Below, piece by piece: positions 37,282-47,614 of a stretch of DNA of 64,000 nt; the first letter of the stretch is position 1; each line of letters opens with the position of its first letter. The stretch lies in IMG/VR virus record IMGVR_UViG_3300049830_000314; one strand, 5' to 3'. Made by a program: the position numbers and the translations under genes. This stretch comes from a virus. Lineage: Duplodnaviria; Heunggongvirae; Uroviricota; Caudoviricetes. The notes under the pieces were generated by a model. That model was not told the DNA's origin. It was given only the letters and a program-made list of their open reading frames with translations, and did no database searches.

Positions 37282-38496
37282 TTAGCCCTGTAAATCTTTA
37301 TCTCTTTCAGCAAGAGCTATTGGGAAACGTGGTACAACTTGAGTTGGGTCAGGATTAGTGGTGTATCCAAAAAATTGTACTGTCCACTCTTTGCCAATCA
37401 CGAGTTCTGGTTTGTCGTATAACTCTTTGCGGAATGCAAAAGAGCCTTTTGGCGCTGCTGAGAACTGTTTGCCGTGTTCTGTTTGAAAAACAAGAATAGC
37501 CAACCCTTCAAACTTGCCCACACCAGTTTCTACACCAATGACTTCAAATTCTTCATCATCAAAAGATTTGTATTTTAGAAGTTGGCTTGCACGTTTGTTA
37601 ATTTCATATCCGTTTGTATCTGTTCGCACAATAACGCCTTCCCATCCTTCGGCAACTTTGGCTTCATGATATTGTTCAAGTTCTTCCTCGCTATGAATAA
37701 GAACAGTTTCGGCTAATACGATGTTGTCGGATGAATCTTTAATGATTTCCTTTAATTTCTCAAGTCGCTCTGAAAAATGTAGGTCTGGAATCATGATATC
37801 ATATACTCGATGGAGAAGCAGCGGAGATGTTTTTCTATCGAATCTCTTACAAGCGCTTATCGTATCCTGAAAAGAATATGGTGCAGGCATGATTAACTCA
37901 CCATCTATGTTATGACCTTGTGTGTCAATCATAAGATGTTGAATACAATCTTGAATAACAACCTTGCCCTTTCTCGACCACATAATTTCGCCGTTGGTGA
38001 GCATTCGCACACCGTCAAATTTAGGTTGAGCCCACACAGGAAATTGAATTTTTTTCTTTTTGTCTTGATATTTGTGCGCAAGCATTGGAAGTGGATAATT
38101 GCCAGCGGTGGATGCTTCCAGAACTTCGCCCTCAAGTCTATATTTCTTATCTCTCTGCTTGTTTACGATTGAATTCAGCTCTGAGTACGCTTGCTGCTCT
38201 AAACTCGTCTCATTGGCTTTGCCGATGTTTTTTTGAGTTACTCGCGTTGCAGCACTGGTTTGTCGTTTTGACTCGCCGCCGTCAGAGGTTTCTTGCCAGA
38301 ATGTAGTTTGTGTGTACCAATCCACACCATCGGTGGCTACGTGACCAATCCAATACTTTTTGTTCCCAACCTTATCACCAATGTTTTCATTCTTCGGTGC
38401 CCAAAAAGTTTCGGTAGAGTGAACGATGTTTAAATCCCCGCGAACGGGTGTTGGGGAATTATCCCCAAGCAAAGCGCCTAATGTAAACTGCTTCAT
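37282..38496 (-). CDS. ATP-dependent DNA ligase
   Basis: LPMLAH, QPKFDGVR, IDGEL, YDI, WEGVIVR, LLKYKSF. Confidence 0.92.
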   Translation of the reverse strand: MKQFTLGALLGDNSPTPVRGDLNIVHSTETFWAPKNENIGDKVGNKKYWIGHVATDGVDWYTQTTFWQETSDGGESKRQTSAATRVTQKNIGKANETSLEQQAYSELNSIVNKQRDKKYRLEGEVLEASTAGNYPLPMLAHKYQDKKKKIQFPVWAQPKFDGVRMLTNGEIMWSRKGKVVIQDCIQHLMIDTQGHNIDGELIMPAPYSFQDTISACKRFDRKTSPLLLHRVYDIMIPDLHFSERLEKLKEIIKDSSDNIVLAETVLIHSEEELEQYHEAKVAEGWEGVIVRTDTNGYEINKRASQLLKYKSFDDEEFEVIGVETGVGKFEGLAILVFQTEHGKQFSAAPKGSFAFRKELYDKPELVIGKEWTVQFFGYTTNPDPTQVVPRFPIALAERDKDLQG

Positions 38497-38504
38497 GCTA
38501 TTTA

Positions 38505-39206
38505 TTATCGTTCATTTTGAAGGATAATAAGCTCAGCTTTCATATTTATTCTTGCTTTTTCTTCATATTTGTCATAGAATTCATTACTTTGAAAAATTCT
38601 AGGCTTTTCTAACATGTGTTCCAAGAATTCTGCACGCTTCTCATTCCAAACATCCTGAGATACAACTCCATATTCCTCGCGAATATTTTTGATATACTGC
38701 TTGTAGTCTTCTTCCTCTGCTCCGAGTATCGAAAGGTCGGCATCCAAAAGTTCCGACACCAAGAATATTCTATTTGATGTAGCGTGAGTGCTTAGCTCAA
38801 TAGCGTTGCAAACAAAATCAGGGATGTTGTTAAAATCTTTGGTGCTAAACCCCATGTCCAGCATTCGTTTCCTGGCTTCCACAGAGCTTCGAGCTTCATT
38901 ATCAGATGCTGGAATATCATAGATGCAATCGTGAAAGAAAAAGAACAATATCTTCTCAACCAAAAATTGATATCCATGTTCTGTTCCTGGCGGAAGTTTG
39001 AACAAAAACAGAAGATGGTTCAGGTTGTGATACTTTCTGTGAGCCTCTTGATACTGAGTAATCAACCAATTAAACGTATCATTTGCATGAAAATCCGCCA
39101 TAGCATCTGAGCGTCTGAACTTAGATGCTTCGTCGGTGAACAATGCGATGTGCCAAAAGGTTCTCAAAAATGTGATATCTTTATTATCCAATGTATGTTT
39201 CTCCAA
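38505..39206 (-). CDS. HD-superfamily phosphohydrolase (COG4339-like)
   Basis: RKYHNLNHL, FHDCIYD, DNEARS, LDADLSILG, IREEY. Confidence 0.85.
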   Translation of the reverse strand: MEKHTLDNKDITFLRTFWHIALFTDEASKFRRSDAMADFHANDTFNWLITQYQEAHRKYHNLNHLLFLFKLPPGTEHGYQFLVEKILFFFFHDCIYDIPASDNEARSSVEARKRMLDMGFSTKDFNNIPDFVCNAIELSTHATSNRIFLVSELLDADLSILGAEEEDYKQYIKNIREEYGVVSQDVWNEKRAEFLEHMLEKPRIFQSNEFYDKYEEKARINMKAELIILQNER

Positions 39207-40203
39207 TAAACCAACCGCCTTGTTGCAACGAACGACACATTCTCAGGTAGTCCATACCAAGCGGAGTGATTTCACGTCCCTTCGTGGTTCTCTTTACCAA
39301 AGAACCAGTCATGGTATTTCCGTTAAAATGCCACGTTGTTTCTTGCATAAGAAATGGCTCTATGGCAAATTCAATAGTTTCAATCTGTTCAGAAAGCATA
39401 GTAGCCAATCCCTTCGCGCCCATTGAACCCTCAGTGGCTAGAGCCATAAGATATCGTCTTTGTTGGCGATTCAAACCAAGCTCAGGGTCAAGCTCTTCAT
39501 ATCGCAAAGTTCGTGTTACAACATCTTCTGTGATTACACCATTGATTGATTGAGCTACCTCGTTTACACACTTAAGCAAGCCACGTGCCACACGTGGAGT
39601 TCCTTGTGCCACCTTTGCAATTTGAACTGCAACGCTTGGTGTGATATTTAAGTGAAATTGCTTTACAGCAGCTTGACTAATCAAGGTGGATAATTCGGCT
39701 ACACTATAAGAACGCATTCGAACGGTGTTTGGAAAACGATTTCTTAAAGGCTCATTTAATCGACCCTCGTGAGTTGTCGCGCCAATCATCGTAAACGGTG
39801 GAAGTTGAATAACAACATCCATTCGAGTAACCTTATTTCTGATTCGCAGAACATTATCTTCCAAAGGTGTGTACAAAAGTTCTTGGACGCTTGAGGGCAA
39901 AGCATGGATTTCATCAACAAAAACAATGCTATTCGGCTTTATTCGCATCAATGTGTCAATCAATATTTCGGGCGTCTTCATCGTCGGCCCAAAGATTTCG
40001 CAATAAGGTGCGTTGAGTTCATTTGCGAGAGCCTTGGCGAAGGTTGTCTTACCAACACCGCTTGGGCCCAAAAAGAGCGTGTGACCCATCAGATTACCGC
40101 TTCGCTGTGAAGCAGCAATCTTAATTCCTAAATATTCTCTAACATCATCTTGACCAATGATTTCAGCAAGTCTAGCTGGTCTGTAGTTTTGAGTCGTTTC
40201 CAT
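39184..40203 (-). CDS. ruvB: Holliday junction branch-migration helicase RuvB
   Basis: RPARLAEIIGQ, GPSGVGKTT, FVDEIH, IGATT, GTPRVA, EPFL, RTTKGREIT. Confidence 0.92.
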   Translation of the reverse strand: METTQNYRPARLAEIIGQDDVREYLGIKIAASQRSGNLMGHTLFLGPSGVGKTTFAKALANELNAPYCEIFGPTMKTPEILIDTLMRIKPNSIVFVDEIHALPSSVQELLYTPLEDNVLRIRNKVTRMDVVIQLPPFTMIGATTHEGRLNEPLRNRFPNTVRMRSYSVAELSTLISQAAVKQFHLNITPSVAVQIAKVAQGTPRVARGLLKCVNEVAQSINGVITEDVVTRTLRYEELDPELGLNRQQRRYLMALATEGSMGAKGLATMLSEQIETIEFAIEPFLMQETTWHFNGNTMTGSLVKRTTKGREITPLGMDYLRMCRSLQQGGWFIGETYIG

Positions 40204-40207
40204 ATTT

Positions 40208-40238
40208 GTATACGACATGTATTCACGCGCTTGAGGAA
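40208..40238 (-). promoter_or_regulatory. Recurrent leaderless promoter (TTCCTCA-N18-GTATAC-4 nt-ATG)
   Basis: Read directly from sequence. Confidence 0.7.
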
Positions 40239-40239
40239 A

Positions 40240-40701
40240 TTAAGTGCGAATCAAAAGCTTTTCTTTTGGGATATCTTTTGAGTGACACCATGTGTACTTC
40301 GCGTTATTGTTAATAACGCCGTATTGAACGTGCTTTCGAGCCATTTTCTTTGTTAGCGCCAAAACAATTAAACTTCCAGGTTGTCGCCCCTTATCCAAAA
40401 CAATAGCGGGACATAAATGAGTTTTGTTATGAATAAACACCGTTGTGCCTCTGTACACCAACTGCGGATTATGTGAAATCACAATATCACTTGGCACAAC
40501 ATTAGGTTTCATAACCAAATTTAACTTTGAAGAAAATTTTCTAACTCCACCCTCTTTCTTTTTCACCCACGTTGCCAATCCAGGTGTTTCACTCATTTGG
40601 TCAAGCGTTGGCATGACGTTGGGTGTTCCATTATCAATGGCTATTTGTCGTATCGTGGCAGAGAGGCTATCAGCGTTAGCCCACACCGATGTACGCGCCA
40701 T
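40240..40701 (-). CDS. Hypothetical protein
   Basis: ORF track. Confidence 0.65.
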   Translation of the reverse strand: MARTSVWANADSLSATIRQIAIDNGTPNVMPTLDQMSETPGLATWVKKKEGGVRKFSSKLNLVMKPNVVPSDIVISHNPQLVYRGTTVFIHNKTHLCPAIVLDKGRQPGSLIVLALTKKMARKHVQYGVINNNAKYTWCHSKDIPKEKLLIRT

Positions 40702-41597
40702 TATTCAACCATCCGTCGCTCTGCAACATAAATCATCGTGGATGCTGGTATGTACTTTTCATCATTCATATTAGTCATTGTAAAATCACCTTCCCACTTG
40801 CCACGCAAGAACTCAAGTGTGTATGTATTTGAGTCTACCTCATGCATGCCAGCTTCTCCACTTGCGAGTGCATTTCTGATAGACTTAGGGTCAGCCCACC
40901 CAAATTGTTCAGTAGTCTCAATGTTCCAATTCTTTTCGTAGAAATACTTAGTCAAAAATTCAAACAAGTGAGAGGCATGCATCTTAATTCTGTCTGATTC
41001 AGAAGAGTAACTAAACTCAATCTTGAATGGAGAAAAATCATCCACAAACCTAAAGAATGTATCACGTTGCTCTGGCGTATCAAATTCGATATAAACCATT
41101 TCATCAGCGGGTCGGATGCCATCTCTAATCACCAATCGACCGCCGTCTTCCAAATATTCAGCACATAAATGGTCAATAAAGTCCATCGTATCTTCAAATG
41201 CGTCAATAGCGGGATTCTCTGCGACCGAACGAGCTAGGAATCCAGAGAAGATTTCGTGCAAGACAGAGCAAAATACAAGAGTGGAAAACTTCTCAGGAGC
41301 GTCACTGATTGTGTTTAGCTTTCGCGCATCGCAGCAAAACAGGTTAACATTTCCGTCATATTTGCGCTGTGTGGCGAGTCCCAAAAGCTGCGCAGATAAG
41401 TCTACGCCGTAAATATTACTTTCTGGGAACTGCTCAGAAATCATTTCCAATACTGTTCCGTTTCCACAACCTATCTCAAGGATATTTCCCGGCTTAATAT
41501 ACTTTAAAATCCTTGACTTGTCGCCCACGGATGCATTCATTCCCTGTGCATATGTCTGGATACCCTCTGGCGAGTGTAAATCTTGTCTGATACTCAT
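40701..41597 (-). CDS. Class I SAM-dependent methyltransferase
   Basis: ILEIGCGNG, YGVDLS, CDA, SVLHE, LVIRDG. Confidence 0.85.
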   Translation of the reverse strand: MSIRQDLHSPEGIQTYAQGMNASVGDKSRILKYIKPGNILEIGCGNGTVLEMISEQFPESNIYGVDLSAQLLGLATQRKYDGNVNLFCCDARKLNTISDAPEKFSTLVFCSVLHEIFSGFLARSVAENPAIDAFEDTMDFIDHLCAEYLEDGGRLVIRDGIRPADEMVYIEFDTPEQRDTFFRFVDDFSPFKIEFSYSSESDRIKMHASHLFEFLTKYFYEKNWNIETTEQFGWADPKSIRNALASGEAGMHEVDSNTYTLEFLRGKWEGDFTMTNMNDEKYIPASTMIYVAERRMVE

Positions 41598-41613
41598 GCT
41601 TTGTTATCTTACC

Positions 41614-41985
41614 CTAATTGGGATTTGAGGAAATATCTTCACCACAGCCACATTCAAATTGGCTAAATGCATCTAGCATGGCATCCATGCCTTTAAAGTT
41701 TCTCGCATCATCAAGTCTTTGTTGCCCTTCATCAGTGTCCAAGGCGATGCATATTAGTGCTTCTCTTTCAGCTTCTGTGCGAGAAGATTTCGATTTGATA
41801 ATATTTTGAAATAGATTCTCTATCTCTGATTCATAAATAATTTCCGATTCGTCAAGAACGCGCTTTATCGCGCTGATGGTGTTAGCTTGTCTTTGTTCCT
41901 TCGTTAAAGGCGTGCATACTGGTATATCGCCAAGTAACTGTTTCTTTAAAATATCAAATTTTTGTTGATTCATTGTGTTGCACAC
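41614..41985 (-). CDS. Hypothetical protein
   Basis: ORF track. Confidence 0.6.
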   Translation of the reverse strand: MCNTMNQQKFDILKKQLLGDIPVCTPLTKEQRQANTISAIKRVLDESEIIYESEIENLFQNIIKSKSSRTEAEREALICIALDTDEGQQRLDDARNFKGMDAMLDAFSQFECGCGEDISSNPN

Positions 41986-43013
41986 TCTTTTAATTGATTA
42001 GGGATGATTTGCTGATGTCGCCAATGATTACTAGTCGTAACATGGTTTTTCCTCACCCATTTACAAACGACTTTCTTAAATTCAGAATAACTAAACGAGC
42101 GAGTTGGGCGGACAACAAAACCTTCTTGCTTCGATGTGTCAATATTTTGAGACAACGCTTTCAACGCATCGCGATTAAATTTACCACGAAATAAAACAGG
42201 AACAACGTTCAATCCCAAAAGCGAACACCACTCAGTCATTTCATCCCATGATAGACACTCATTTTTCTCATTCCAAATGGAAAACACATAAAAATAAGAA
42301 TCTAATTCATTATACTCGATTGAGTGCTTAGCATATACGTTTTCACCACATATGCGCCAACCCTCTGGAATGTCATGGGCTATTTGAGCATGAAGGCTTT
42401 TCACCCAACCTCTGTCTTGTCCAGTTAAAAACTCCAAAGAACGAGCGTGAACATAATCTTTGTAGAGCGAAGTATTTTCGCCGTCCATTTTTTCTGTTGC
42501 AATAATTTCTTCATCGACTAGGGAATTGTAATCACCCAACACTTTATCATCTTTAGGTGGATGACTAAAATCTAAATGATACGTTCGGGGATATTTCACA
42601 TAGTCTGCGAATAACGGTAATACACCGCCATCTTTCAGTATTTTCTGAACAGACTCGTCATAAAACAACTCGCCGCGAAGTCTTGTACCATTGGCTTGAA
42701 TGTAATTTCCCCATTTATCAAGGTCAACATCATCATAATATTGCTCCGGGTGTAGGACTTTGTTAATACCAGCGGCTTCTCGTATTGCATCGCACGAAAG
42801 TGTTGTTTGCTCGGCAGCAATATGATGTTCTTGACAAACACTTGCGCCATTGTCTAAGAAATATCCGCCAAATTCATGCTCCGCTGTAAAAAGTCGGCGT
42901 TCAATTATATGATGTGCGTCCAACTTACCATCAGAGCCGCATATCACGCAACGATGATTGTCTCGTGCGAGTACACCCTCTCTAAATTCTGTTCTGGTAA
43001 GCAGTTTTTGCAT
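41970..43013 (-). CDS. HNH domain fused to ATP-dependent RNA ligase (Rnl2-like)
   Basis: RCVIC...DAHHII...NGASVCQEHH; KYPRTYH, TEKMDGEN, ICGEN, EGFVVR, KWVR. Confidence 0.85.
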   Translation of the reverse strand: MQKLLTRTEFREGVLARDNHRCVICGSDGKLDAHHIIERRLFTAEHEFGGYFLDNGASVCQEHHIAAEQTTLSCDAIREAAGINKVLHPEQYYDDVDLDKWGNYIQANGTRLRGELFYDESVQKILKDGGVLPLFADYVKYPRTYHLDFSHPPKDDKVLGDYNSLVDEEIIATEKMDGENTSLYKDYVHARSLEFLTGQDRGWVKSLHAQIAHDIPEGWRICGENVYAKHSIEYNELDSYFYVFSIWNEKNECLSWDEMTEWCSLLGLNVVPVLFRGKFNRDALKALSQNIDTSKQEGFVVRPTRSFSYSEFKKVVCKWVRKNHVTTSNHWRHQQIIPNQLKECATQ

Positions 43014-43049
43014 AGCTGTTTATTATATCCAAGACACGTTATGAGGAAT

Positions 43050-43517
43050 CTACTCAATGACCTTATCTTTCAACAATTCACTGATTTCTTTACAGAGTTC
43101 ACTGCTTAATGTCACCCACAACGCACCTTTTGATGGAGTAGCGTGATTAGGATTGGCAAGAATTTTATTCAATGTATCATTGTTCAATCCAAACAGCAAC
43201 AGCAAAGCTCGCAAATTCTGTACATGTTCCCATTCCAAGTGAGCATCAAATCGTTCATCGCCCATTTCAGCCATAAGGATTTGATATGATTCTAATTGAA
43301 TCTTGGACACTTTGGGATTTTGAGCTAGTTTGTATCCTATGTTTCGATTACTTGTGTCAGTGCCATCACAGACTTGACAAACAATTTTCATTTTTCCCGC
43401 CATGTCAATTAGGGCATTGACAACCGATTGGTCTGTTGCATTAATTGAAATTTGTATGATTGATGCGCACTTGTCGCACTCAACCACTAAACCGTGACTA
43501 AAACCTAACTCCGCCAT
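43050..43517 (-). CDS. Hypothetical protein with Zn-finger motif
   Basis: CDKC...CQVC. Confidence 0.6.
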   Translation of the reverse strand: MAELGFSHGLVVECDKCASIIQISINATDQSVVNALIDMAGKMKIVCQVCDGTDTSNRNIGYKLAQNPKVSKIQLESYQILMAEMGDERFDAHLEWEHVQNLRALLLLFGLNNDTLNKILANPNHATPSKGALWVTLSSELCKEISELLKDKVIE

Positions 43518-44476
43518 GTTTCAAACAACTCACTTACTGATTCATGGTTATGGCATCGAGAAATAGCTTCTCCAATCAATGGAGCAACTGGTAAAACGAT
43601 TGCGTTCTTTGGCAAATGGTCAGACTTGTGAGTAATCGTATCAAGGCACACAAATCGTTCAATCGGGCTTAATTCTATTTTTGATACAGCGTCTTTGCTT
43701 AAAATTGCATGTGTACAAGCGACTTCGACACTTAAAGCACCTCGCTCAAGAAGAGCCTTCGCACCGTTCAAAATGCTACCACCTGTATCTACCATATCAT
43801 CAAGCAAGATACATTTCTTACCCTGGATATCTCCAATAACTTCAATAATAGCTGATTTATTTGGCTCTGGTCGTCGCTTGGCAATGATAGCAAGTGATGC
43901 GTCAAGTGCGACAGCAAGGTTTCTAACTCGCTCCACGCCAGATACGTCTGGACTTACTAGACAAATGTTTGGTTCTTTGTCATATCCCAAACTTTGATAA
44001 TATTTTCCAATGATTGGCCCGCTATACAGATTGTCCACCGGAATGTTAAAAAATCCTTGAATTTGCTCAGCGTGTAAATCGACTGAAATAATTCTTACTG
44101 CTCCCATTGTTTCAATAAGATTCGCCATCACACGAGAGGTGATTGGCTCTCGTGGCTTCACTTTCTTGTCCTGTCGCGAATACCCCATGTATGGCATAAC
44201 AACTGTGACGTTACTTGCTGATGCTCTTCGAAAAGCATCCAACATAATGAACATTTCCATATAATTGTCGTTAACTGGCGGACAAGTTGATTGAATCAAA
44301 AATACATCGTCTCCACGAATACTCTCTTCAATTTTAACTCTAATTTCTCCATCAGCGAACGTTGACACCATTGCTTTGTTTAAAGGAACTTTAAGATAAT
44401 CACAAACTCGTTGAGCAAGTTCAGGATTACCATTGCCGCTAAAAATCTTTACGTCTTGTAAGTCTCGTATTTTCAT
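43505..44476 (-). CDS. prs: Ribose-phosphate pyrophosphokinase
   Basis: FADGEI, PYMGYSRQDKK, DLHAEQIQGFF, SPDVSG, LDDMVDTGGS. Confidence 0.95.
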   Translation of the reverse strand: MKIRDLQDVKIFSGNGNPELAQRVCDYLKVPLNKAMVSTFADGEIRVKIEESIRGDDVFLIQSTCPPVNDNYMEMFIMLDAFRRASASNVTVVMPYMGYSRQDKKVKPREPITSRVMANLIETMGAVRIISVDLHAEQIQGFFNIPVDNLYSGPIIGKYYQSLGYDKEPNICLVSPDVSGVERVRNLAVALDASLAIIAKRRPEPNKSAIIEVIGDIQGKKCILLDDMVDTGGSILNGAKALLERGALSVEVACTHAILSKDAVSKIELSPIERFVCLDTITHKSDHLPKNAIVLPVAPLIGEAISRCHNHESVSELFETWRS

Positions 44477-44480
44477 GTTA

Positions 44481-45083
44481 TTAGTTTACCACCTTAGATT
44501 GGAGTGATTCGATATATTCTCGAATTGGGGCTGGAAGCTTTGCGATATTTTCGGGAGTTGGCGTCCAATCCATGTCTTTTGCAATGGATTTTGCCTCTCT
44601 TGATTTTTCAAGAATAGAGGGATAAAGTCTAATGAATTCTTGTGTGTGTCCATAGCTTCCTCGTGCATTTTTAAACACCATTTCAGCAGCAATCATAGCA
44701 ACCTTTAGTTCCCAGGTGTCGAATGTCATCCTCGCCATGGCACCGTCGCATTCAGATAAGTCATTCAACATGTCTTCAAAATCTTCTACAATAGGAATAT
44801 CCACTCCGTTGACTGTAACGTATGGTCTTGCTGAGCTATTCAATTCAACACGAACTCCATTGTCTATAATCTTTGGTGTAACCGGATTTGCTGCATCAAA
44901 TAAAGGAATAAATGGTTCGTATGTTGTGTGAAGTTCTTCGAGAGAACACCCACCGCCGTCATAGAACAAAACATCAGCCAATTTCAATTCACAGTCAAGA
45001 CGACTGATTTTTCTTGGTGACTTAGTGGAGCCTTTTGCTCTAACTAAGTCACCAACTGCGTATTCATGTAAAGTTGCGCTCAT
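44481..45083 (-). CDS. Hypothetical protein
   Basis: ORF track; preceded by TCCTCA-N18-GTACAA-4 nt-ATG. Confidence 0.7.
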   Translation of the reverse strand: MSATLHEYAVGDLVRAKGSTKSPRKISRLDCELKLADVLFYDGGGCSLEELHTTYEPFIPLFDAANPVTPKIIDNGVRVELNSSARPYVTVNGVDIPIVEDFEDMLNDLSECDGAMARMTFDTWELKVAMIAAEMVFKNARGSYGHTQEFIRLYPSILEKSREAKSIAKDMDWTPTPENIAKLPAPIREYIESLQSKVVN

Positions 45084-45117
45084 AATGTTGTACTATGAAC
45101 GCAACTCATCTTGAGGA

Positions 45118-46314
45118 TTAATCCTTGAAAGGGTCAAAGACTCCAGACGGACTCATAGCGACACCAATCGGTCTAAGTTCATGGACTATTTTAATTGTTC
45201 CTTCATGATGCTTTAACACCTCTGGTAAACGCTTATAGACAAAGGGTGATTCGTCCACGTCGCCGCCGCGAAGTTCAACGCCTGATTTTTTCACCCAGTC
45301 ATTCATCATTTCTTGGGTAACAGAACCAGCGTTTTTTGGCTTACCGTCAAAATCCAATATCAGCTCACCAGTTTTCCGATTTCTTTTACCTTTTGCTTGA
45401 GTTCTTGACATAACCCTGCCCGCACCGTGAATAGTTGAATAGAAAAGCTTTTTAGACAAATCTGATTCAATACCTTCAACAATTACGCAAGGCTCGCACA
45501 TGCTAGCTCCCACCATTCCTTGCTGACCTGGGAAAGCTGGAGTGGCTCCCTTTCTGCCAACCCAAAACATTTCGCCGTTATGCTCTTCTTTCCAAAGAAA
45601 GTTGTGGTGTAAATGAATTTCATGCGCAATATCTGTGTTAAGAATTCTAGCCAATTCTCCACATACCCAATCTCTTCCAGCATAAGCATACTTTCCAGCC
45701 AATTCAATAGCTTGAATATATTCTTCACCAAGAGCAGATTTTTCATCCAATAACAAAGGTAATGAATCCATGTCATCTTTTGAGCCCATTTTTTCAAAAA
45801 ACCAAGTAGCAGTTTTATGCCCCAAACCACGGCTACCGAAGTGACAACACGCCCAAACATTATCGTCTTCATCAACAGTGTAAGAAGCAAAGTGATTTCC
45901 ACCACCGACAGTTCCAAGTTGTGACCGAGCAGCATCCTTCATACCACAAAAAACAGACATCTTCCAAGTATCGTCATCAAATAAATCATGGTCTACCTTC
46001 GTATTGTTTGCTCTACCGATTCCAAAAGATATTCGATTAGCAACATCGTCCATAATCTTGCTAATATCGCCCTGAATATCTTTAGACTTGACATTAAGAC
46101 GCACAGCTTTCATGCCACATGCGATGTCAAAACCGACCGTGCAAGGAGCAAAAGATTCTCTTGACACTAAAACTCCACCTATCGGCACTGAGTAGCCTTT
46201 GTGCCCATCGGCACAAAGAACTCCTGCATGAATTCTTTCATCATACACAGCATTTTGCATTTGAGCAATAGTGTTTTCTTCGTGATTACCAACAACAATC
46301 AATTTTTCATTCAT
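45118..46314 (-). CDS. rtcB: RtcB 3'-phosphate/5'-OH RNA ligase
   Basis: ADGHKGYSVPIGG, VGFDIACG, LGTVGGGNHF, HFGSRGLG, HRKGAT-like, HGAGR, DESPFVYK. Confidence 0.95.
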   Translation of the reverse strand: MNEKLIVVGNHEENTIAQMQNAVYDERIHAGVLCADGHKGYSVPIGGVLVSRESFAPCTVGFDIACGMKAVRLNVKSKDIQGDISKIMDDVANRISFGIGRANNTKVDHDLFDDDTWKMSVFCGMKDAARSQLGTVGGGNHFASYTVDEDDNVWACCHFGSRGLGHKTATWFFEKMGSKDDMDSLPLLLDEKSALGEEYIQAIELAGKYAYAGRDWVCGELARILNTDIAHEIHLHHNFLWKEEHNGEMFWVGRKGATPAFPGQQGMVGASMCEPCVIVEGIESDLSKKLFYSTIHGAGRVMSRTQAKGKRNRKTGELILDFDGKPKNAGSVTQEMMNDWVKKSGVELRGGDVDESPFVYKRLPEVLKHHEGTIKIVHELRPIGVAMSPSGVFDPFKD

Positions 46315-46336
46315 GAGTTCATACTACCACATAATC

Positions 46337-46558
46337 TTAGATTGAGGATTTTTTTAAACGTTGCTTTCTGCATTGAAGCGCGGCGTAGGTGCGATTAAGT
46401 ATTTTGAATGCTTCACAAAGTTTATGATTCATTAATACATAATCTTCCTTTTCAGTCCATTCAGCCGCGCACCATGTGCGTTTTCGAACATTATTCGGTC
46501 GTGTCCATGCATCAATCTCCAGTGCCATCTGGAACTTGTGACGATACTGTTTTACCAC
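46337..46558 (-). CDS. Hypothetical protein (possible Myb/HTH-like)
   Basis: WTEKED...LNRTYAALQCRKQRL. Confidence 0.55.
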   Translation of the reverse strand: MVKQYRHKFQMALEIDAWTRPNNVRKRTWCAAEWTEKEDYVLMNHKLCEAFKILNRTYAALQCRKQRLKKSSI

Positions 46559-46582
46559 ATCTGTTGCAATGTATTTGTTCCA

Positions 46583-46861
46583 TTATTTTGTCATTTCCGC
46601 TTTGATTTTCAGAATATCTGCTTCGTTTTTATTGCTAAGACTTCCAGCGTATCCCACTAAATCGTAATCCTCTCGTTGTTGCTGTGATAAGCTTTCAAGA
46701 CGATTGTGTACAAATTTAAAGCTCACGCCAACCCCAATCATTAAGAATAAGAATCCACCATTGTTAGTGGCAGCGAAGCCAATAGCACAACCTATGAATC
46801 CAGCGAAAATCAAACATGGTAGAACGAGATTGTAAAACCAATTGTTATAATAATTTTTCAT
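46583..46861 (-). CDS. Two-TM membrane protein (start revised to MKNYY)
   Basis: Two hydrophobic segments; ATGA overlap with macro gene. Confidence 0.65.
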   Translation of the reverse strand: MKNYYNNWFYNLVLPCLIFAGFIGCAIGFAATNNGGFLFLMIGVGVSFKFVHNRLESLSQQQREDYDLVGYAGSLSNKNEADILKIKAEMTK

Positions 46862-47577
46862 TTTCCACCAATCCAACTTACAAACAAATTGTTCCAAATC
46901 TTTTTCCAGATTGTTTTTGGCTGTTCGACTGGCAATGGCTCTGGCTCAAGAACCTCTTGCTTTTCCGCCCAGTCTTCAGCAATTGTATGAAGCGAATGAC
47001 AGAATGCCGAGAATTCAGATTCTCTGAACATAGCGAAGTAGATGGTCTTGATGTGGAAGCTATCGACATCATTTACAGCACTGTCTACATAATCCAATAC
47101 TGTCTTCATTGCAATATCTGCCGCCTCTTGTATTGGATAACCATAGATGCCAGTAGAAATCGAACAAAAACCAATATCCCAGCAATGCAGTTTATTTGCT
47201 TTATTCATACAGTTCCAGTAGCAATTGGACAATAAATCAGCCTCACCAGTGGTACCGCCTTTATAAACTGGGCCTGGTGTGTGAAGGATGTGTGGCACGA
47301 AGTTGCCACCGCTTGTGACAACAACTTCTCCGGTTTCACAACCATTTGGTGCTACTGTTTCGAGTTCCCTAAGCAAGCTCTCGCCAACTTTTGCGTGAAT
47401 AATGCCATCAATGCCACCACCGCCTCTCATGCCACAATTCGCAGCATTAACAATGCAATCCATATCGTATTTTTCAGCGGAATCAATCAAGCTAGACCTT
47501 TCTACATGAATGACGAGTTCTTTGCGATTTGGAAGGGTAATCGTAAGAGAATGATATTCGCAGTTGTGTTTTGTCAT
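46858..47577 (-). CDS. MacroD-type macro domain (ADP-ribose/O-acetyl-ADPR hydrolase)
   Basis: IVNAAN...GGGGIDGIIH, ILHTPGP, FCSISTGIYGYP. Confidence 0.92.
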   Translation of the reverse strand: MTKHNCEYHSLTITLPNRKELVIHVERSSLIDSAEKYDMDCIVNAANCGMRGGGGIDGIIHAKVGESLLRELETVAPNGCETGEVVVTSGGNFVPHILHTPGPVYKGGTTGEADLLSNCYWNCMNKANKLHCWDIGFCSISTGIYGYPIQEAADIAMKTVLDYVDSAVNDVDSFHIKTIYFAMFRESEFSAFCHSLHTIAEDWAEKQEVLEPEPLPVEQPKTIWKKIWNNLFVSWIGGK

Positions 47578-47614
47578 GCCAATGTACCTTCAAGATTGCA
47601 TATGTTGAGGAAAA

